A stretch of 64,000 nucleotides of DNA from Eledone cirrhosa (Eukaryota), in contig OZ024742.1 of the NCBI GenBank assembly GCA_964016885.1, forward strand, positions 167,028,001 to 167,092,000, in the 5' to 3' direction. The position numbers and the translations under genes were made by a program. Position 1 is the stretch's first letter. Every line of letters starts with the position of its first letter. Below are positions 26,551-39,300 of the stretch, piece after piece. The notes beneath the pieces were generated by a model. It saw nothing but the letters and a program-made list of their open reading frames with translations, searched no databases and had not been told where the DNA came from.

Positions 26551-29500
26551 TCAAGGGGAGATAATTTCCAGCCGTCGAAGGGAAGATAATTTCCAGCCCT
26601 CCAAGGGGCTATAATTTCCAGCGTCCAAGGGGAGATAATTTCCAGCCAGCGAAGGGGAGATAATTTTTTTAAAAAAATCATTGGGAGATTTGTAAAAAAA
26701 ATCAGGGAGAGATAATTTGTAAAAAAAATCAAGGGGAGATAATTTCCAGCCGTCCAAGGGGAGGTAATATCTAGCCGTCCAAGGGGAGATAATTTCCAGC
26801 CGTCCAAGGGGAGATAATTTCCAGCCGTCCAAGGGTAGATAATATCCAGCCGTCCAAGTAGACATTTTCCAGCCGTCCAAGGAGAGGTAATTTCTAGCCG
26901 TCCAAGGGGAGATAAATTCCAGCCTCCAAGGGGAGATAATTTCCAGCCAGCCAAGGGGAGATAATTTGTAAAAAAATCAGGGGGAGATAATTTGTAAAAA
27001 AATCAGGGGGAGATAATTTTAAAAAAAAAATCAGGGGGAGATAATTTGTAAAAAAAAATCAGGGGGAGATAATTTGTAAAAAAAAATCAGGGGGAGATAA
27101 TTTGTAAAAAAAATCAAGGGGAGATAATTTCCAGCCGTCCAAGGGGAGATAATTTCCATCCTTCCAAGGGGAGATAATTTCCAGCCGTCCAAGGGGAGAT
27201 AATTTCCCGCCAGCCAAGGGAAGATAATTTTTAAAAAAATCAGGCGGAGATTGTAAAAAAAATCAGGGGGAGATAATTTGTAAAAAAAATCAGGGGGAGA
27301 TAATTTGTAAAAAAAAAATCAGGGGGAGACAATTTGTAAAAAAAATCAGGGGGAAATAATTTGTAAAAAAAAATCAAGGGGAGATAATTTGTACAAAAAA
27401 TCAGGGGTATATAATTTGTAAAAAAAAATCAGGGGGAGATAATTTGTAAAAAAAAATCAGGGGGAGATAATTTGTAAAAAAAATCAAGGGGAGATAATTT
27501 GCAGCCGTCCAAGGGGAGATAATTTTCAGCCGTCCAAGGAGAGGTAATTTCTAGCCGTCCAAGGTGAGATAATATCCAGCCGTCCAAGGGGAGATAATTT
27601 CCAGCCGTCCAAGGGGAGATAATTTTTAAAAAAAAACAGGCGAAGATAATTTGTAAAAAAAAAATCAGGGGGAGATAATTTGTAAAAAAAAATCAGGGGG
27701 AGATAATTTGTAAAAAAAAATCAGGGGGAGGTAATTTGTAAAAAAAATCAAGGGGAGATAATTTCCAGCCGTCCAAGGGAAGATAATTTCCAGCCCTCCA
27801 AGGGGCTATAATTTCCAGCGTCCAAGGGGAGATAATTTCCAGCCAGCGAAGGGGAGATAATTGTTTTAAAAAAATCATTGGGAGATTTGTAAAAAAAATC
27901 AGGGGTAGATAATTAATAAAAAAAATCAAGGGGAGATAATTCCAGCCGTCCAAGGGGAGGTAATATCTAGCCGTCCAAGGGGAGATAATTTCCAGCCGTC
28001 CAAGGGGAGATAATTTCCAGCCGTTCAAAGGTAGATAATATCCAGCCGTCCAAGGAGACATATTTTCCAGCCGTGCAAGGAGAGGTAATTTCTAGCCGTC
28101 CAAGGGGAGATAAATTTCAGCCTCCAAGGGGAGATAATTTCCAGCCAGCCAAGGGGAGATAATTTGTAAAAAAATCAGGGGGAGATAATTTGTAAAAAAA
28201 GTCAGGGGTAGATAATTTGTAAAAAAAAATCAGGGGGAGATAATTTGTAAAAAAAAATCAGGGGGAGATAATTTGTAAAAAAAATCAAGGGGAGATAATT
28301 TCCAGCCATCCAAGGAGAGATAATTTTAAAAAAAAATCAGGCGGAGATAATTTGTAAAAAAAAATCAGGGGGAGATAATTTGTAAAAAAAATCAGGGGGT
28401 GATAATTTGTAAAAAAAATCAAGGGGAGATAATTTCCAGCCGTCCAAGGGGACATAAATTTTTTAAAAAAATCAGGCGGAGATAATTTGTAAAAAAAATC
28501 AGGGGGAGATAAATTGTAAAAAAAAATCAGGGGAAGATAATTTGTAAAAAAAATCAGGGGGAGATAATTTCCAGCCGTCCAAGGTAAGATAATTTCCAGC
28601 CCTCCAAGGGGCTATAATTTCCAGCATCCAAGGGGAGATAATTTCCAGCCGTCCAAGGGTAGATAATATCCAGCCGTCCAAGTAGACATATTTTCCAGCC
28701 GTCCAAGGAGAGGTAATTTCTAGCCGTCCAAGGGGAGATAAATTCCAGCCTCCAAGGGGAGATAATTTCCAGCCAGCCAAGGGGAGATAATTTGTAAAAA
28801 AATCAGGGGGAGATAATTTGTAAAAAAAATCAGGGGGAGATAATTTGTAAAAAAAAATCAGGGGGAGATAATTTGTAAAAAAAAATCAGGGGGAGATAAT
28901 TTCCAGCCGTCCAAGGGGAGATAATTTTCAGCCGTCCAAGGGTAGATAATATCCAGCCGTCCAAGTAGACATTTTCCAGCCGTCCAAGGAGAGGTAATTT
29001 CTAGCCGTCCAAGGGGAGATAAATTCCAGCCTCCAAGGGGAGATAATTTCCAGCCAGCCAAGGGGAGATAATTTGTAAAAAGATCAGGGGGAGATAATTT
29101 GTAAAAAAAATCAGGGGGAGATAATTTGTAAAAAAAAATCAGGGGGAGATAATTTGTAAAAAAAAATCAGGGGGAGATAATTTGTAAAAAAAATCAAGGG
29201 GAGATAATTTCCAGCCGTCCAAGGGGAGATAATTTTCAGCCGTCCAAGGGGAGATAATTTCCAGCCGTCCAAGGGGAGATAATTTCCATCCTTCCAAGGG
29301 GAGATAATTTCCAGCCTTCCAAGGGGAGATAATTTTCAGCCGTCCAAGGGGAGATAATTTCCCGCCAGCCAAGGGAAGATAATATTTTAAAAAATCAGGC
29401 GGAGATAATTTGTAAAAAAAATCAGGGGGAGATAATTTATAAAAAAATCAGGGGGAGATAATTTGTAAAAAAAAAATCAGGGGGAGATAATTTGTAAAAA

Positions 29501-32500
29501 AAATCAGGGGGAGATAATTTGTAAAAAAAAATCAGGGGTAGATAATTTGTAAAAAAAAATCAGGGGGAGATAATTTGTAAAAAAAAAATCAGGGGGAGAT
29601 AATTTGTAAAAAAAATCAAGGGGAGATAATTTCCAGCCGTCCAAGGAGAGATAATTTTTTAAAAAAATCAGGCGGAGATAATTTGTAAAAAAAAATCAGG
29701 GGGAGATAATTTCCAGCCGTCGAAGGGAAGATAATTTCCAGCCCTCCAAGGGGCTATAATTTCCAGCGTCCAAGGGGAGATAATTTCCAGCCAGCGAAGG
29801 GGAGATAATTTTTTTAAAAAAATCATTGGGAGATTTGTAAAAAAAATCAGGGGGAGATAATTTGTAAAAAAAATCAAGGGGAGATAATTTCCAGCCGTCC
29901 AAGGGGAGGTAATATCTAGCCGTCCAAGGGGAGATAATTTCCAGCCGTCCAAGGGGAGATAATTTCCAGCCGTCCAAGGGTAGATAATATCCAGCCGTCA
30001 AAGTAGACATTTTCCAGCCGTCCAAGGAGAGGTAATTTCTAGCCGTCCAAGGGGAGATAAATTCCAGCCTCCAAGGGGAGATAATTTCCAGCCAGCCAAG
30101 GCGAGATAATTTGTAAAAAAATCAGGGGGAGATAATTTGTAAAAAAAATCAGGGGGAGATAATTTGTAAAAAAAAATCAGGGGGAGATAATTTGTAAAAA
30201 AAAATCAGGGGGAGATAATTTGTAAAAAAAAATCAGGGGGAGATAATTTGTAAAAAAATCAAGGGGAGATAATTTCCAGCCGTCCAAGGGGAGATAATTT
30301 TCAGCCGTCCAAGGGGAGATAATTTCCAGCCGTCCAAGGGGAGATAATTTCCATCCTTCCAAGGGGAGATAATTTGTAAAAAAAAATCAGGGGGAGATAA
30401 TTTGTAAAAAAAAATCAAGGGGAGATAATTTCCAGCCGTCCAAGGGGAGATAATTTTCAGCCGTCCAAGGGGAGATAATTTCCCGCCAGCCAAGGGAAGA
30501 TAATATTTAAAAAAATCAGGCGGAGATAATTTGTAATAAAAATCAGGGGGAGATAATTTGTAAAAAAATCAGGGGGAGATAATTTGTAAAAAAAAAATCA
30601 GGGGGAGATAATTTGTAAAAAAAATCAGGAGGAGATAATTTGTAAAAAAAAATCAGGGGTAGATAATTTGTAAAAAAAAATCAGGGGGAGATAATTTGTA
30701 AAAAAAAATCAGGGGGAGATAATTTGTAAAAAAAATCAAGGGGAGATAATTTCCAGCCGTCCAAGGAGAGATAATTTAAAAAAAAAATCAGGCGGAGATA
30801 ATTTGTAAAAAAAAATCAAGGGGAGATAATTTGTAAAAAAAAATCAGGGGGAGATAATTTGTAAAAAAAATCAAGGGGAGATAATTTCCAGCCGTCCAAG
30901 GGAAGATAATTTCCAGCACTCCAAGGGGCTATAATTTCCAGTGTCCAAGGGGAGATAATTTCCAGCCAGCGAAGGGGAGATAATTTTTTTAAAAAAATCA
31001 GGGGGAGATATGTAAAAAAATCAGAGGGAGATAATTTCTAAAAAAAATCAAAGGGAGATAATTTCCAGCCGTCCAAAGAGAGATAATTTCTAGCCGTCCA
31101 AGGGGAGATAATTTCCAGCCAAGGGGAGATAATTTCCAGCCGTCCAAAGGGGAGATAATTTTTTAAAAAATCAGGTGGAGATAATTTGTAAAAAAAATCA
31201 GGGGGAGATAATTTGTAAAAACAAAATCAAGGGCAGATAATTTCCAGCTGTCCAAGGGGAGATAATTTCCAGCCGTGCAAGGGGAGATAATTTCCAGCCG
31301 TCCAAGGGGAGATAATTTCCATCCTTCCAAGGGGAGATAATCTCCAGCCGTCCAAGGGGAGATAATTTCCCGCCAGCCAAGGGAAGATAATTTTTAAAAA
31401 AATCAGGCGGAGATTGTAAAAAAAATCAGGGGGAGATAATTTGTAAAAAAATCAGGGGGAGATAATTTGTAAAAAAAAAATCAGGGGAGATAATTTGTAA
31501 AAAAAAATCAGGGGGAGATAATTTGTAAAAAAAAAATCAGGGGGAGATAATTTGTAAAAAATAATCAGGGGTAGATAATTTGTAAAAAAAAATCAGGGGG
31601 AGATAATTTGTAAAAAAAAATCAGGGGGAGATAATTTGTAAAAAAATCAAGGGGAGATAATATGCAGCCGTCCAAGGGGAGATAATTTTCAGCCGTCCAA
31701 GGAGAGGTAATTTCTAGCCGTCCAAGGGGAGATAATTTCCAGCCGTCCAAGGGGAGATAATTTCAAGCCGTCCAAGGGGAGATAGTTTTTTTAAAAAAAT
31801 CAGGCGGAGATAATTTGTAAAAAAAAAATCAGGGGGAGATAATTTGTAAAAAAAAATCAGGGGGAGATAATTTGTAAAAAAAATCAGGGGGAGATAATTT
31901 GTAAAAAAAATCAAGGGGAGATAATTTCCAGCCGTCCAAGGGAAGATAATTTCAAGCCCTCCAAGGGGCTATAATTTCCAGTGTCCAAGGGGAGATAATT
32001 TCCAGCCAGCGAAGGGGAGATATTTTTTTTTTAAAAATCAGGGGGAGATTTGTAAAAAAAATCAGGGGGAGATAATTTGCAAAAAAAATCAAAGGGAGAT
32101 AATTTCCAGCCGTCCAAAGAGAGATAATTTCTAGCCGTCCAAGGGGAGATAATTTCGAGCCAAGGGGAGATAATTTCCAGCCGTCCAAGGGGAGATAATT
32201 TTTTAAAAAATCAGGTGGAGATAATTTGTAAAAAAAATCAGGGGGAGATAATTTGTAAAAACAAAATCAAGGGCAGATAATTTCCAGCTGTCCAAGGGGA
32301 GATAATTTCCAGCCGTGCAAGGGGAGATAATTTCCAGCCGTCCAAAGGGAGATAATTTCCATCCTTCCAAGGGGAGATAATTTCCAGCCGTCCAAGGGGA
32401 GATAATTTCCCGCCAGCCAAGAGAAGATAATTTTTTAAAAAATCAGGCGGAGATTGTAAAAAAAATCAGCGGGAGATAATTTGTAAAAAAATCAGGGGGA

Positions 32501-35500
32501 GATAATTTGTAAAAAAATCAAGGGGAGATAATTTCCAGCTCTCCAAGGGGAGGTAATATCTAGCCGTCCAAGGGGAGATAATTTCCAGCCGTCCAAGGGG
32601 AGATAATTTCCAGCCGTCCAAGGGTAGATAATATCCAGCCGTCCAAGGAGACATATTTTCCAGCCGTCCAAGGAGAGGTAATTTCTAGCCGTCCAAGTGG
32701 AGATAAATTCCAGCCTCCAAGGGGAGATAATTTCCAGCCAGCCAAGGGGAGATAATTTGTAAAAAAATCAGGGGGAGATAATTTGTAAAAAAAATCAGGG
32801 GGAGATAATTTGTACAAAAAATCAGGGGTAGATAATTTGTAAAAAAAAATCAGGGGAAGATAATTTGTAAAAAAAATCAAGGGGAGATAATTTGCAGCCG
32901 TCCAAGGGGAGATAATTTTCAGCCGTCCAAGGAGAGGTAATTTCTAGCCGTCCAAGGTGAGATAATATCCAGCCGTCCAAGGGGAGATAATTTCCAGCCG
33001 TCCAAGGGGAGATAATTTTTAAAAAAAAACAGGCGGAGATAATTTGTAAAAAAAAAATGAGGGTGAGATAATTTGTAAAAAAAAATCAGGGGGAGATAAT
33101 TTGTAAAAAAAAATCAGGGGGAGGTAATTTATAAAAAAAATCAAGGGGAGATAATTTCCAGCCGTCCAAGGGAAGATAATTTCCAGCCCTCCAAGGGGCT
33201 ATAATTTCCAGCGTCCAAGGGGAGATAATTTCCAACCAGCGAAGGGGAGATAATTTTTTTTTTTTTAAATCAGGGGGACATAATTTGTAAAAAAAATAAG
33301 GGGGAGATAATCTGTAAAAAAAATCAAGGGGAGATAATTTGTAAAAAAATCAGGGGGAGATAATTTGTAAAAAAAAATCAGGGGGAGATAATTTGTAAAA
33401 AAAATCAAGGGGAGATAATTTGTAAAAAAAATCAAGGGGAGATAATTTCCAGCCGTCCAAGGGGAGATAATTTTCAGCCGTTCAAGGGGAGATAATTTCC
33501 CGCCAGCCAAGGGAAGATAATATTTAAAAAAATCAGGCGGAGATAATTTGTAAAAAAAATCAGGGGGAGATAATTTGTAAAAAAATCAGGGGGAGATAAT
33601 TTGTAAAAAAAAAATCAGGGGGAGATAATTTGTAAAAAAAAATAAGGGGTAGATAATTTGTAAAAAAAAATCAGGGGGAGATAATTTGTAAAAAAAAATC
33701 AGGGGGAGATAATTTGTAAAAAAAAATCAATTGGAGATAATTTCCAGCCGTCCAAGGGGAGATAATTTTCAGCCGTCCAAGGAGAGGTAATTTCTAGACG
33801 TCCAAGGGGAGATAATTTCCAGCCGTCCAATGGGAGATAATTTCCAGCCGTCCAAGGGGAGATAATTTTTAAAAAAAAATCAGGCGGAGATAATTTGTAA
33901 AAAAAATCTAGGGGAGATAATTTGCAGCCGTCCAAGGGGAGATAATTTTCAGTCGTCCAAGGAGAGGTAATTTCTAGCCGTCCAAGGGGAGATAATTTCC
34001 AGCCGTCAAAGGGGAGATAATTTCCAGCCGTCCAAGGGGAGATAATTTTTTTTAAAAAATCAGGCGGAGATAATTTGTAAAAAAAATCAGGGGGAGATAA
34101 TTTGTAAAAAAAAATCAGGGGGAGATAATTTGTAAAAAAAAATCAGGGGGAGATAATTTGTAAAAAAAATCAAGGAGAGATAATTTCCAGCCGTCCAAGG
34201 GAAGATAATTTCAAGCCCTCCAAGGGGCTATAATTTCCAGTGTCCAAGGGGAGATAATTTCCAGCCAGCGAAGGGGAGATAATTTTTTTTTAAAAATCAG
34301 GGGGAGATTTGTAAAAAAAATCAAGGGGAGATAATTTGTAAAAAAATCAGGGGGAGATAATTTGTAAAAAAAAATCAGGGGGAGATAATTTGTAAAAAAA
34401 ATCAGGGGGAGATAATTTGTAAAAAAAAATCAGGGGTAGATAATTTGTAAAAAAAAATCAGGGGGAGATAATTTGTAAAAAAAAAATCAGGGGGAGATAA
34501 TTTGTAAAAAAAATCAAGGGGAGATAATTTCCAGCCGTCCAAGGAGAGATAATTTTTTAAAAAAATCAGGCGGAGATAATTTGTAAAAAAAAATCAAGGG
34601 GAGATAATTTGTAAAAAAAAATCAGGGGGAGATAATTTGTAAAAAAAATCAAGGGGAGATAATTTCCAGCCGTCCAAGGGAAGATAATTTCAAGCCCTCC
34701 AAGGGGCTATAATTTCCAGTGTCCAAGGGGAGATAATTTCCAGCCAGCGAAGGGGAGATAATTTTTTTAAAAAAATCAGGGGGAGATATGTAAAAAAAAT
34801 CAGAGGGAGATAATTTCTAAAAAAAATCAAAGGGAGATAATTTCCAGCCGTCCAAAGAGAGATAATTTCTAGCCGTCCAAGGGGAGATAATTTCCAGCCA
34901 AGGGGAGATAATTTCCAGCCGTCCAAGGGGAGATAATTATTTAAAAAATCAGGGGGAGATAATTTGTAAAAACAAAATCAAGGGCAGATAATTTCCAGCT
35001 GTCCAAGGGGAGATAATTTCCAGCCGTGCAAGGGGAGATAATTTCCAGCCGTCCAAGGGGAGATAATTTCGATCCTTCCAAGGGGAGATAATTTCCAGCC
35101 GTCCAAGGGGAGATAATTTCCCGCCAGCCAAGGGAAGATAATTTTTTAAAAAATCAGGCGGAGATTGTAAAAAAAATCAGGGGGAGATAATTTGTAAAAA
35201 AATCAGGGGGAGATAATTTGTAAAAAAAAAATCAGGGGAGATAATTTGTAAAAAAAAATCAGGGGGAGATAATTTGTAAAAAAAAAATCAGGGGGAGATA
35301 ATTTGTAAAAAAAATCAGGGGTAGATAATTTGTAAAAAAAAATCAGGGGGAGATAATTTGTAAAAAAAAATCTGTGGGAGATAATTTGTAAAAAAATCAA
35401 GGGGAGATAATATGCAGCCGTCCAAGGGGAGATAATTTTCAGCCGTCCAAGGAGAGTTAATTTCTAGCCGTCCAAGGGGAGATAATTTCCAGCCGTCCAA

Positions 35501-36383
35501 GGGGAGATAATTTCCAGCCGTCCAAGGGGAGATAGTTTTTTTAAAAAAATCAGGCGGAGATAATTTGTAAAAAAAAAATCAGGGGGAGATAATTTGTAAA
35601 AAAAAATCAGGGGGAGATAATTTGTAAAAAAAAATCAAGGGGAGATAATTTGTTAAAAAAATCAGGGGGAGATAATTAGTAAAAAAATCAAGGGGAGATA
35701 ATTTCCAGCCGTCCAAGGGGAGGTAATATCTAGCCGTCCAAGGGGAGATAATTTCCAGCCGTCCAAGGGTAGATAATATCCAGCCGTCCAAGTAGACATA
35801 TTTTCCAGCCGTCCAAGGAGAGGTAATTTCTAGCCGTCCAAGGGGAGATAAATTCTAGCCTCCAAGGGGAGATAATTTCCAGCAAGCCAAGGGGAGATAA
35901 TTTGTAAAAAAATCAGGGGGAGATAATTTGTAAAAAAAATCAGGGGGAGATAATTTGTAAAAAAAAATCAGGGGGAGATAATTTGTAAAAAAAATCAGGG
36001 GGAGATAATTTGTAAAAAAAAATCAGGGGGAGATAATTTGTAAAAAAAAATCAGGGGGAGATAATTTGTAAAAAAAAATCAGGGGGAGATAATTTGTAAA
36101 AAAAATCAAGGGGAGATAATTTCCAGCCGTCCAAGGGGAGATAATTTCCAGCCGTCCAAGGGGAGGTAATATCTAGCCGTCCAAGGGGAGATAATTTCCA
36201 GCCGTCCAAGAGGAGATAATTTCCAGCCGTCCAAGGGAAGATAATTTCAAGCCCTCCAAGGGGCTATAATTTCCAGTGTCCAAGGGGAGATAATTTCCAG
36301 CCAGCGAAGGGGAGATAATTTTTTTTTAAAAATCAGGGGGAGATTTGTAAAAAAAATCAGGGGGAGATAATTTGTAAAAAAAA
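26551..36383 (+). repeat. ~9.8 kb HOR, copy 2
   Basis: Same marker order as copy 1. Differences are mostly whole-monomer gains or losses and isolated substitutions. Confidence 0.95.
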
Positions 36384-39300
36384 TCAAGGGGAGATAATTT
36401 CCAGCCGTCGAAGGGAAGATAATTTCCAGCCCTCCAAGGGGCTATAATTTCCAGCGTCCAAGGGGAGATAATTTCCAGCCAGCGAAGGGGAGATAATTTT
36501 TTTAAAAAAATCATTGGGAGATTTGTAAAAAAAATCAGGGAGAGATAATTTGTAAAAAAAATCAAGGGGAGATAATTTCCAGCCGTCCAAGGGGAGGTAA
36601 TATCTAGCCGTCCAAGGGGAGATAATTTCCAGCCGTCCAAGGGGAGATAATTTCCAGCCGTCCAAGGGTAGATAATATCCAGCCGTCCAAGTAGACATTT
36701 TCCAGCCGTCCAAGGAGAGGTAATTTCTAGCCGTCCAAGGGGAGATAAATTCCAGCCTCCAAGGGGAGATAATTTCCAGCCAGCCAAGGGGAGATAATTT
36801 GTAAAAAAATCAGGGGGAGATAATTTGTAAAAAAATCAGGGGGAGATAATTTGTAAAAAAAAATCAGGGGGAGATAATTTGTAAAAAAAAATCAGGGGGA
36901 GATAATTTGTAAAAAAAAATCAGGGGGAGATAATTTGTAAAAAAAATCAAGGGCAGATAATTTCCAGCCGTCCAAGGGGAGATAATTTCCATCCTTCCAA
37001 GGGGAGATAATTTCCAGCCGTCCAAGGGGAGATAATTTCCCGCCAGCCAAGGGAAGATAATTTTTAAAAAAATCAGGCGGAGATTGTAAAAAAAATCAGG
37101 GGGAGATAATTTGTAAAAAAATCAGGGGGAGATAATTTGTAAAAAAAAAATCAGGGGGAGACAATTTGTAAAAAAAATCAGGGGGAAATAATTTGTAAAA
37201 AAAAATCAAGGGGAGATAATTTGTACAAAAAATCAGGGGTATATAATTTGTAAAAAAAAATCAGGGGGAGATAATTTGTAAAAAAAAATCAGGGGGAGAT
37301 AATTTGTAAAAAAAATCAAGGGGAGATAATTTGCAGCCGTCCAAGGGGAGATAATTTTCAGCCGTCCAAGGAGAGGTAATTTCTAGCCGTCCAAGGTGAG
37401 ATAATATCCAGCCGTCCAAGGGGAGATAATTTCCAGCCGTCCAAGGGGAGATAATTTTAAAAAAAAAACAGGCGAAGATAATTTGTAAAAAAAAAATCAG
37501 GGGGAGATAATTTGTAAAAAAAAATCAGGGGGAGATAATTTGTAAAAAAAAATCAGGGGGAGGTAATTTGTAAAAAAAATCAAGGGGAGATAATTTCCAG
37601 CCGTCCAAGGGAAGATAATTTCCAGCCCTCCAAGGGGCTATAATTTCCAGCGTCCAAGGGGAGATAATTTCCAGCCAGCGAAGGGGAGATAATTGTTTTA
37701 AAAAAATCATTGGGAGATTTGTAAAAAAAATCAGGGGGAGATAATTAATAAAAAAAATCAAGGGGAGATAATTCCAGCCGTCCAAGGGGAGGTAATATCT
37801 AGCCGTCCAAGGGGAGATAATTTCCAGCCGTCCAAGGGGAGATAATTTCCAGCCGTTCAAGGGTAGATAATATCCAGCCGTCCAAGGAGACATATTTTCC
37901 AGCCGTGCAAGGAGAGGTAATTTCTAGCCGTCCAAGGGGAGATAAATTCCAGCCTCCAAGGGGAGATAATTTCCAGCCAGCCAAGGGGAGATAATTTGTA
38001 AAAAAATCAGGGGGAGATAATTTGTAAAAAAAGTCAGGGGTAGATAATTTGTAAAAAAAAATCAGGGGGAGATAATTTGTAAAAAAAAATCAGGGGGAGA
38101 TAATTTGTAAAAAAAATCAAGGGGAGATAATTTCCAGCCATCCAAGGAGAGATAATTTTTAAAAAAAATCAGGCGGAGATAATTTGTAAAAAAAAATCAG
38201 GGGGAGATAATTTGTAAAAAAAATCAGGGGGTGATAATTTGTAAAAAAAATCAAGGGGAGATAATTTCCAGCCGTCCAAGGGGAGATAATTTCCAGCCGT
38301 CCAAGGGGACATAAATTTTTTAAAAAAATCAGGCGGAGATAATTTGTAAAAAAAATCAGGGGGAGATAAATTGTAAAAAAAAATCAGGGGAAGATAATTT
38401 GTAAAAAAAATCAGGGGGAGATAATTTCCAGCCGTCCAAGGTAAGATAATTTCCAGCCCTCCAAGGGGCTATAATTTCCAGCATCCAAGGGGAGATAATT
38501 TCCAGCCGTCCAAGGGTAGATAATATCCAGCCGTCCAAGTAGACATATTTTCCAGCCGTCCAAGGAGAGGTAATTTCTAGCCGTCCAAGGGGAGATAAAT
38601 TCCAGCCTCCAAGGGGAGATAATTTCCAGCCAGCCAAGGGGAGATAATTTGTAAAAAAATCAGGGGGAGATAATTTGTAAAAAAAATCAGGGGGAGATAA
38701 TTTGTAAAAAAAAATCAGGGGGAGATAATTTGTAAAAAAAAATCAGGGGGAGATAATTTCCAGCCGTCCAAGGGGAGATAATTTTCAGCCGTCCAAGGGT
38801 AGATAATATCCAGCCGTCCAAGTAGACATTTTCCAGCCGTCCAAGGAGAGGTAATTTCTAGCCGTCCAAGGGGAGATAAATTCCAGCCTCCAAGGGGAGA
38901 TAATTTCCAGCCAGCCAAGGGGAGATAATTTGTAAAAAAATCAGGGGGAGATAATTTGTAAAAAAAATCAGGGGGAGATAATTTGTAAAAAAAAATCAGG
39001 GGGAGATAATTTGTAAAAAAAAATCAGGGGGAGATAATTTGTAAAAAAAATCAAGGGGAGATAATTTCCAGCCGTCCAAGGGGAGATAATTTTCAGCCGT
39101 CCAAGGGGAGATAATTTCCAGCCGTCCAAGGGGAGATAATTTCCATCCTTCCAAGGGGAGATAATTTCCAGCCTTCCAAGGGGAGATAATTTTCAGCCGT
39201 CCAAGGGGAGATAATTTCCCGCCAGCCAAGGGAAGATAATATTTTAAAAAATCAGGCGGAGATAATTTGTAAAAAAAATCAGGGGGAGATAATTTGTAAA